Source: Desulfobacterales bacterium (lineage in GTDB: Bacteria; Desulfobacterota; Desulfobacteria; Desulfobacterales; UBA5616). Taken from it: a DNA stretch of 45,689 nucleotides. Below, in pieces: positions 38,786-45,689 of the stretch; positions within the stretch are counted from its first letter, which is position 1, and every line of letters starts with the position of its first letter. The translations under genes were made by a program, and so were the position numbers. The notes below the pieces were generated by a model. The model did no database searches, was not told the DNA's origin, and was given only the letters and a program-made list of their open reading frames with translations. Where the stretch lies: positions 1 to 45,689 of the forward strand of contig JAWODC010000072.1 of assembly GCA_046483495.1 (NCBI GenBank), in the 5' to 3' direction.

Positions 38786-38876
38786 ATCGCATCCTCCATG
38801 GGGTAGTCCGGACTGTTCTTGCAGGCTGCCGATTCGGTCTCATCGACATGCAACGGCTGAATACGGTTCATCTCAA

Positions 38877-38913
38877 AATAGGACCACAATAGAACAAATA
38901 AGACCAATAGGAC
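38877..38913. promoter_or_regulatory. Four direct repeats AATARRAC (putative operator)
   Basis: AATAGGAC 38877, AATAGAAC 38888, AATAAGAC 38897, AATAGGAC 38906; extra TAGGAC at 38977. Confidence 0.45.
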
Positions 38914-39059
38914 AATGTTTAACCAACATGTGAAGGTTAAACCAAAAACGATACAATATATATCGGTGGACATTTTTAGGACGAACTGCTATTAGGGGTT
39001 TCATTCATAACAGAACGTCCTGTCCCTTAACACAAAACTTCAATTAAAAAAATAAAATT

Positions 39060-41246
39060 ATGCCGATGCCGTCAGCCGATCCACATGCAGAGGTTGCCGT
39101 AGATTCCACGTCTTCCGCCGTTCAAAAAGAGCAGGGGCCGGACAGCCGTCATGACCCGCTTCTGGAATGCCTGGTTCAGCTTTCCAAGATGTACCGGCGG
39201 ACCGTGTCCCGGATCAGCTTGACTGCCGGATTGCCGCTTGCCCAAAACCGTCTGACCGTATCCCTCTTCTCGAGATCGGCGGATCGGGCCGGCATGGCGT
39301 CCCGGGTGCTGAAAAAACGGCTAGACGCGATTTCGCCCCTGCATCTTCCGGCCATTCTTCTTCTGACGGATAACAGCGCGTGCCTGCTTGTCGGCAAAAG
39401 CGCCGGAGGGGATTATACCATTCTGGTCCCGGAAACCGGGATGGGAGAAGCCTCCATATCCGCGGCGGAATTGGAAAAGCTATACACCGGATATGCCATT
39501 TTTGTCAGGCCCAAGTTTCGTCCCCGGCAACCCGTCATTCATCCCATCTCCCGAAAAAATTGGTTCTGGGGCACCCTTTTCGAATCCTGGCGCATTTACC
39601 GGGACGTGTTCATCGCCTCTTTTCTCATCAATCTTTTCGGACTGGCAAGCCCTTTTTTTGTATTGATCGTCTACGATCGGGTGATTCCAAACCTTGCTTT
39701 CGAAACCCTGTGGGTGCTGGCCGTGGGGATCTTGCTCATTTTCCTGTTTTCCCTCCTGCTGCGAGGACTTCGCGGGTACTTTGTCGATGAAGCCGGGAAA
39801 AAGGCCAATTTAAAGATGTCTTCCATCATTTTTCAAAAAGTGTTTGGGTTGCGGATGGAGGCCCGGCCCCGATCCATTGGGTCCTTCTCTAAAAATTTGC
39901 AGGAATTCGAAAGCGTACTGGATTTCATTACCTCGTTTACGATCACCACGCTCATCGATATGCCGTTTGTGGTATTCAGCCTTTTCGTCATGTGGTATTT
40001 CGGCGGCAATATCGTTTGGATTCTTTTGATTTTTATCCTGCTTCTCATGGTTTACGCTTTTTTTATTCAGCTGCCTTTGCAAAATGCCGTAGAAAAAACC
40101 TATACCGCCTCGGCACAGAAAAATGCCGTACTGGTCGAAGGGTTGGCCGGGTTTGAAACCATAAAACTCATGGGCGCTGAAAGCCAGTTGCAACGGTCAT
40201 GGGAAGAATCGGTGGGATTTATCGCCCGGTGGAGCGCCAAAAGCCGATTGCTGGCCTCCTCGGTCAGTCATATCGCCTTTTTCCTGCAGAGCGCATCCAT
40301 TATTATCGTCGTCATTGCGGGAGTATACAAAATCGCCGAGGGTGATCTAACCCAGGGCGGTCTGATCGCGCTCGTTCTTTTGTCCAGGCAGGCGATCGCA
40401 CCCATGGCTCAAGTAGTGAACTTGTCCACCCGCTACCACCGCGCAAGGTCCGCCTACAAGACGTTGAACGAGATCATGGAGATGCCGGAAGATCGGCCTG
40501 AAGGGAAGAATTTTCTGCACAGGAGCCGCTTCGAGGGATCGATCGAGGCAAAAAATGTGTCCTTTTCCTATCCCGGCCAGACCACGACCGTTTTAAACAA
40601 TATTTCTCTCAATATATCAGCAGGTGAAAAGGTCGGCATCATCGGTCCGGTAGGTTCCGGGAAAACCACGCTTGGAAAACTTGCTTTGGGTCTGTTCGAC
40701 CCGACGAACGGTATGGTGAGCATCGACGGCACAGACATTCGGCAGATCGATCCCGCAGAGCTCAGGAAAGCCATCGGGTATGTGCCCCAGGACATCACGC
40801 TTTTTCGTGGAACCGTCAGATACAACATCACGATCGGCTCCCCCGATATTGACGATGAGGCCCTTGTAAAAGCAATCGAAATTTCAGGGGTCGGCGATTT
40901 TACACGAAAACACCCTTCCGGTATCGACATGGAGGTGGCGGAACTGGGCGGTGGGCTTTCGGGAGGCCAGAGGCAATGCATCACGCTGGCAAGGGCGCTG
41001 CTTTCCGATCCACCCATCCTGATTCTGGACGAGCCGACCAGCAACATGGACAACAGGACGGAGTCCCGGATTAAGGCCAATCTATCCGGCATTCTAAATG
41101 AAAAGACCTTGTTGCTGATCACCCATCGGGCATCCCTTCTCGAGATGGTAAACCGGATCATTATCATTGACAGCGGCGCCATCGTCGCCGACGGCCCCAA
41201 GGCCTCCGTTCTCGAGGCCCTCAGAAAGGGCCATCTCAACCTGTAG
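39060..41246 (+). CDS. T1SS permease/ATPase, LapB-like (C39-like domain + TMD + NBD)
   Basis: DPLLECLV...LTAGLPL, VYDRVIPN, GPVGSGKTT, LSGGQRQ, ILDEPTS. Confidence 0.93.
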   Translation: MPMPSADPHAEVAVDSTSSAVQKEQGPDSRHDPLLECLVQLSKMYRRTVSRISLTAGLPLAQNRLTVSLFSRSADRAGMASRVLKKRLDAISPLHLPAILLLTDNSACLLVGKSAGGDYTILVPETGMGEASISAAELEKLYTGYAIFVRPKFRPRQPVIHPISRKNWFWGTLFESWRIYRDVFIASFLINLFGLASPFFVLIVYDRVIPNLAFETLWVLAVGILLIFLFSLLLRGLRGYFVDEAGKKANLKMSSIIFQKVFGLRMEARPRSIGSFSKNLQEFESVLDFITSFTITTLIDMPFVVFSLFVMWYFGGNIVWILLIFILLLMVYAFFIQLPLQNAVEKTYTASAQKNAVLVEGLAGFETIKLMGAESQLQRSWEESVGFIARWSAKSRLLASSVSHIAFFLQSASIIIVVIAGVYKIAEGDLTQGGLIALVLLSRQAIAPMAQVVNLSTRYHRARSAYKTLNEIMEMPEDRPEGKNFLHRSRFEGSIEAKNVSFSYPGQTTTVLNNISLNISAGEKVGIIGPVGSGKTTLGKLALGLFDPTNGMVSIDGTDIRQIDPAELRKAIGYVPQDITLFRGTVRYNITIGSPDIDDEALVKAIEISGVGDFTRKHPSGIDMEVAELGGGLSGGQRQCITLARALLSDPPILILDEPTSNMDNRTESRIKANLSGILNEKTLLLITHRASLLEMVNRIIIIDSGAIVADGPKASVLEALRKGHLNL

Positions 41247-41256
41247 GAGAATGCGT

Positions 41257-42621
41257 GTGAACGACACCGCCAAAAAGCCCGAATCGACAAAACTGTTTTA
41301 CCGCATGCCGGCGGAAGATATCGATCTGGTCACCGACATCCGGGCGGCGATACAGGCGCAATCGCCAAGGGGCGGAAGGACAATCATCTACGTGGTGCTG
41401 ATCCTGACCGTTTTTTTCTTCATATGGGCCTCGGTTTCGGAAATCGAGGAAGTAACGCGCGGTGAAGGCAAGGTCATACCCTCCAGCCAGATACAGGTGG
41501 TTCAAAATCTCGAGGGCGGCATTTTATCGGAAATACTCGTCGATGTCGGCGATATCGTCAAAAAAGGCCAGCTGCTGCTCCGCATCGACGGCACCCGGTT
41601 TTCTTCATCGGTACAGGAAAACCGTACGAGATACCTGTCCAATCTTGCAAAGGCGGCCCGTTTGACGGCTGAAGCCGATCTGGCTTCACGCTTCGAGGTT
41701 CCCAAGGAGGTCATGAATGAAAAGCCGGAATTCGGCGAACGGGAAAAGGAGTTGTTCGAATCCCGGAAAAAAGAATTACTCTCCAATATTGCCCAACAGA
41801 AAGAACAGATCACCCAGCGCAAGTATGAGTTAAATGAATATAATAAAAAGCTCGAAGAGTTGAGCCGCACATACGATCTCTTGAAAAAGGAATTGGCATT
41901 GACGCGGCCCCTGGTCGAACAGCGCGCCGTTTCAGAAGTCGATCTTCTCCGGCTGGAGCGCCAGGCCAGTACGCTGCAGGGGGAGATAGCAACGATACAG
42001 GAGACCATTCCGAAAACCCGGTCGAAATATAACGAGGCACAGATAGCACTCAAAGAAATCGAACTCGCGTTCTCCAATAAAGCCAAGACGGAATTAAACG
42101 ATGTGCTTGCGCAGATCGAGGGATATACCGCCACCGCAGTTGCCCTCGAAGATCGGTTAAAGCGAACGTATGTGCGATCACCCGTGAACGGCACGGTCAA
42201 CCGGCTGCTGATCAATACGGTCGGGGGCGTGATTATGCCGGGCATGGACCTGATTGAAATCGTTCCTTTGGAAGACACCTTGTTGATAGAGACGAAAATC
42301 AAACCGTCGGATATCGCGTTTTTAAGGCCGAAACAGAAAGCGATGGTCAAGTTTACGGCGTATGACTATACCCGTTATGGCGGGCTCGAGGCCGAGCTGG
42401 AGCATATCGGCGCGGACAGCATAACCGACGACCAGGGGAACAGTTTCTATTTGGTGAAACTGCGCACCCGCCAAAACTACCTGGAATCGGAAGACGACCC
42501 GCTGCCGATCATACCCGGCATGATTGCATCCGTCGACATTCTCATCGGGAAGAAGACGATACTGACGTACCTGCTCAAACCCGTGCTTCGGGCGAAGCAC
42601 ACGGCCTTGAGGGAGCGATAA
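41257..42621 (+). CDS. T1SS membrane fusion protein, HlyD/LapC-like
   Basis: EVTRGEGKVIPSSQIQVVQNLEGGI, RSPVNG, AYDYTRYG, IIPGM, YLLKP; AGGAGA RBS before GTG (ATG 41251 is an alternative). Confidence 0.93.
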   Translation: MNDTAKKPESTKLFYRMPAEDIDLVTDIRAAIQAQSPRGGRTIIYVVLILTVFFFIWASVSEIEEVTRGEGKVIPSSQIQVVQNLEGGILSEILVDVGDIVKKGQLLLRIDGTRFSSSVQENRTRYLSNLAKAARLTAEADLASRFEVPKEVMNEKPEFGEREKELFESRKKELLSNIAQQKEQITQRKYELNEYNKKLEELSRTYDLLKKELALTRPLVEQRAVSEVDLLRLERQASTLQGEIATIQETIPKTRSKYNEAQIALKEIELAFSNKAKTELNDVLAQIEGYTATAVALEDRLKRTYVRSPVNGTVNRLLINTVGGVIMPGMDLIEIVPLEDTLLIETKIKPSDIAFLRPKQKAMVKFTAYDYTRYGGLEAELEHIGADSITDDQGNSFYLVKLRTRQNYLESEDDPLPIIPGMIASVDILIGKKTILTYLLKPVLRAKHTALRER

Positions 42622-42624
42622 ACC

Positions 42625-43257
42625 ATGGCCGACCTGTTACTATGCAGCGCTGATGCCGGCATCCTCAAGCGTTGGGAGGGATTCCTGGCCGAACATCACT
42701 CGGTAAATCAGGCGACATCCATCGAGGAAACGGCGGACAAATGCCGAAAAGGAACATACCGCCTGATTCTTCTTCACCGCCCGCTGGTGGATATAGCAGC
42801 GGTGCTGCAGTTAAAGCAGTCTTTTCCAAAAAACAGATTTTTCATATTTTCCGATCTGCCGAACGAAGAGGAAGGTCTGACTTTCTTAAAGTGCGGGATC
42901 GTGGGATATGCCAATACGTTTATGTCCGAAGCGCGGCTGATCGAGGCGGTTCGGACCGTATCCAACGGCACGGTCTGGGTCGGACAGAAAATCATGCGGC
43001 GCCTCATTTCCTCGGTAGCCGACAATGAGGGCCGTCTGTCGATTTCCGACCGGTTCGGCCTCACCCAACGGGAACACGAGATCGCAGGTCTTGTCGCAAG
43101 CGGCCGAACGAACCTGGAAATCGCAGCGGACCTGGATATTTCGGAACGGACGGTCAAGGCTCACCTCACGTCCATTTATGAAAAAACCGGAACGGGCAAT
43201 CGGCTCAATCTGGCGCTGCTGATCAATAAAAGCAGTGAGAACGTACCAGCGAATTGA
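42625..43257 (+). CDS. LuxR-family regulator with atypical receiver domain
   Basis: C-terminal LTQREHEI...GRTNLEIA.DL.ISERTVKAHL; N-terminal REC-like region with LILLHRP at the usual Asp position. Confidence 0.88.
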   Translation: MADLLLCSADAGILKRWEGFLAEHHSVNQATSIEETADKCRKGTYRLILLHRPLVDIAAVLQLKQSFPKNRFFIFSDLPNEEEGLTFLKCGIVGYANTFMSEARLIEAVRTVSNGTVWVGQKIMRRLISSVADNEGRLSISDRFGLTQREHEIAGLVASGRTNLEIAADLDISERTVKAHLTSIYEKTGTGNRLNLALLINKSSENVPAN

Positions 43258-43270
43258 TCCATTCCCAAAA

Positions 43271-43312
43271 AAAACCGCCGCAAAAGAGATGCATCTCTCT
43301 TGCGGCGGTTTT
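43271..43312. terminator. Bidirectional intrinsic terminator
   Basis: AAAACCGCCGCAA-a-AGAGAT-gc-ATCTCT-c-TTGCGGCGGTTTT between convergent genes. Confidence 0.85.
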
Positions 43313-43326
43313 CTTAAATGTCTGGA

Positions 43327-45507
43327 TTAACCGGAAGAGCCGTCATCCAAATCGATCTGCCCCAGGAGAGAGTCAAGCTCCGACCCGGATGTCAAATCAT
43401 CGAAGCTGATCGTGTCGAACGAGACGCTTCCCTTCTCGACACCGTCGGCATCGAGCACATAAAGTTCGGCATTTAGGCCGTCAGCCCTGACACCGAGTTG
43501 ATCCCCGGCACCGGAATCGTAAATGTGGCTGATGTCCACGACATCACCGGCATCTTTATTGTAATCCACTATCGTATCGTGCCCCTCCTCAATGTTGAAG
43601 GTATCGGCTCCATCTCCGCCGGTCAGGGTATCATTGCCAAGCCCGCCGACCAGGATGTCATTGCCTTCGCCGCCTGAAATGTAATCATCGCCGTCCATGC
43701 CGACCAGGATGTTGTCCTGGCCGTCACCGTTGAGGGTGTCGCTGAACTCGGAACCAATGATATTCGGGTAACCCTCCGATGCATCTTCGGTCACACCTGC
43801 ACCATTGTCTGAAAAATCGAGCGTAGCTTCGGGCATCAGGGTGATATCGAGCGATCCGCCGGCAACGTCACCGTCGCCGTCCACGATTTCGACGGGCAGC
43901 GTCAGATCCACCGGATCACCGGCTTCCAGGGTGGTGCTTGCAAAATCTCCGATCTTGAAGGTATTTCCGCCATCATGAAAGTATTCGATGCTGTTGTACC
44001 CATCTTCCGTGTAAACCGCCAGTTCGGTTCCGGTAACGACGCTGTCGACCGTGACGGAACCGTCGGCAGACAGGAACTGCACGGTAAAGAGCTCCCCGCC
44101 GATTGTAACATCCGTTGCTGTATAGCCGATATCATCTAAAGAAATCATCTCGGTTACATCGCCGTAAGTAATGGCAACGGCAATAATGACATCCTGTGTT
44201 CCGTCTCCCACTGAATTGTTGCCATCCGGGTCATCATAGGCTTTGATAAGAATATTGGAACCGTTTGTGTTGGTGAATGTCGCCTTCGTGCCGTTTACCG
44301 TGTAATGGCCGTCGAACATGTGGTTTTGATTCGCGGGCGTGCTATAGTCGCCATTCGGCGGGTCACCGGAAAGGTCGGTCACAAAATCGATCCGGATGGC
44401 TTCCCCTGAGCCGATGGATTGCCCCTGACTGACTCCGAGAGCGTTCGCGCTCTCATTGATGGTGCCGGAACTGTCTCCACCTTCGATGGGTGTGATGAGC
44501 AGGTCGGGGCTGGCATCGTCAGCCGCTGTACTAAACCCGGCCCAGGCATCATTGCCGCCGGTAAATGTATAGATGTCATCATTGTAAACCAGTTCGGTTT
44601 GACCGCCGTCAACCGATCCGAACATGTCGATCGTGTACGTATCAGCGCCGCTCCCGTCGGGATTCAAGGTAGCCGTAAACACGACATCACCCTCGAGGGT
44701 TTGTGCGGTCAGCACCTGTCCGTCCACCGAAATATAATAGTAAATCGCAGCCCCTCCGGACGTGAGACCGGAGTCCGTCGCATCGAGGGTGCCCGCGAAT
44801 CGAACGGTTTGTAATCCGTCCGCTCCGGCATTGTTTTCGATCTGTTCGTCGAAATCCAGAAACCCGGTGAAGCTGCTGTCCGCTTTGTTGACCAGATAGG
44901 CGCTCTGGGGATCGATCACGCTCGGACCGTCATCGTAGAAGGTGATTGCACCGCCCACATCGGTGAAGTCGCTCGCCGTATCCCCGTCGGCATCCGTGAC
45001 CGTCACCGTCGCCGAAACCAGTCCGGTAAGAGACAGCGTGTCGTTGGGGTCGGTGGCGTCGGCATGCTCCAGGGCCACGTTCTGCGTCACCGTCAGATAC
45101 CCGTCACCGTCGATCTCCACCGTGAACGCCGTCTGGTCCGAAACCCCGTCGTTGTACTGACCGATAATGGTGTCCGCATCCACCTGCACCAACGTGATCG
45201 CAAAACCCCCCTGCGCCGTGGTCAGGCCGGAGTCGCTGCCGCCGATCGACAGGCTGTACGCCGTGCTCCCCGCACCGTCGGCACCGTAGCTTGTCATCGC
45301 CGATACGATCGGCGCATCGCTGGTGTCGGTGACCGGAAAACCGTCAGCCATCGAATCGGTCTCGTCAACGGCAACCGAACTCGCCACTCCCGTGACATCC
45401 ACGCTCGGACCGTCATCGTAGAAGGTGATCGCACCGCCAACATCGGTGAAGTCGCTCGCCGTATCCCCGTCGGCATCCGTGACCGTCACTGTCGCCGAAA
45501 CCAGTCC
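43327..45507 (-). CDS. 3' part of a large RTX adhesin (LapA-like T1SS substrate), 5'-truncated
   Basis: Asp/Thr/Gly-rich; repeats ending TVTDADGD...ITFYDDGPS (DUF5801-like); RTX nonapeptides GGEGND, GGLGND, GGDGAD near the C-terminus; no native start. Confidence 0.88.
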   Translation of the reverse strand, partial: GLVSATVTVTDADGDTASDFTDVGGAITFYDDGPSVDVTGVASSVAVDETDSMADGFPVTDTSDAPIVSAMTSYGADGAGSTAYSLSIGGSDSGLTTAQGGFAITLVQVDADTIIGQYNDGVSDQTAFTVEIDGDGYLTVTQNVALEHADATDPNDTLSLTGLVSATVTVTDADGDTASDFTDVGGAITFYDDGPSVIDPQSAYLVNKADSSFTGFLDFDEQIENNAGADGLQTVRFAGTLDATDSGLTSGGAAIYYYISVDGQVLTAQTLEGDVVFTATLNPDGSGADTYTIDMFGSVDGGQTELVYNDDIYTFTGGNDAWAGFSTAADDASPDLLITPIEGGDSSGTINESANALGVSQGQSIGSGEAIRIDFVTDLSGDPPNGDYSTPANQNHMFDGHYTVNGTKATFTNTNGSNILIKAYDDPDGNNSVGDGTQDVIIAVAITYGDVTEMISLDDIGYTATDVTIGGELFTVQFLSADGSVTVDSVVTGTELAVYTEDGYNSIEYFHDGGNTFKIGDFASTTLEAGDPVDLTLPVEIVDGDGDVAGGSLDITLMPEATLDFSDNGAGVTEDASEGYPNIIGSEFSDTLNGDGQDNILVGMDGDDYISGGEGNDILVGGLGNDTLTGGDGADTFNIEEGHDTIVDYNKDAGDVVDISHIYDSGAGDQLGVRADGLNAELYVLDADGVEKGSVSFDTISFDDLTSGSELDSLLGQIDLDDGSSG
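44917..45507. repeat. Intragenic repeat with 483-bp (161-aa) period
   Basis: 44917-45024 and 45400-45507 are 108-bp copies with 3 mismatches. Confidence 0.9.
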
Positions 45508-45689
45508 CCGATGTCGGGTGGCGGTTCGGGAAATCTGACCTAGAAGAAAATTCGGCGAAACTTGAGGCGTTCTTGCATAAGAGGGGTTACCGGTACGTTT
45601 GGCCGCCCATCATAAGCAAGTTAACGCCTCAGGAAGCCGCCCGTTTACAGAGGGGATACAATTTGCTTAAAGGTAACAAGGGCGCCAGA
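45508..45689 (+). other. Unrelated sequence joined to the adhesin; stop-free on the + strand (DVGWRFGKSDLEEN...KGNKGAR)
   Basis: Repeat identity ends sharply at 45507; the adhesin frame meets a stop at 45610-45612; about 60 open codons on +. Confidence 0.5.

Overview
The window is a chromosomal segment from a probable Desulfobacterota (deltaproteobacterial) genome; this taxonomy is inferred from gene content and protein style. Bases 1-15000 are mostly housekeeping: glnA, a DUF401-like transporter, a B12/radical-SAM enzyme, an MFS transporter, a metallophosphoesterase, nagZ, tsaD, purM, alaC-hom-thrH-DUF167 and tRNA-fMet. Bases 15000-34000 are accessory: a DUF1329-like exported protein, a MOSC protein, a CusCBA-type Cu/Ag efflux operon with a sigma-54 promoter and a divergent NtrC-family two-component pair, a K+ channel, a hotdog thioesterase, two NDP-forming acyl-CoA synthetase alpha subunits and an MFS transporter. 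Bases 34000-45500 hold a Lap-type c-di-GMP-controlled adhesion locus: TolC, LapG-like protease, LapD-like receptor, T1SS ABC and MFP, an atypical LuxR regulator, and the 3' part of an RTX adhesin that breaks abruptly at 45507. Intergenic regions are rich in palindromic MITE/REP-like elements and 6-9-mer tandem arrays. The best novelty candidates are an unrecognised structured RNA with a terminator directly in front of tsaD, the Pseudomonas-type Lap system with its own putative regulator and operator, and the sigma-54-driven Cus operon with a non-CusF exported small protein. No CRISPR array, integrase or transposase was seen.
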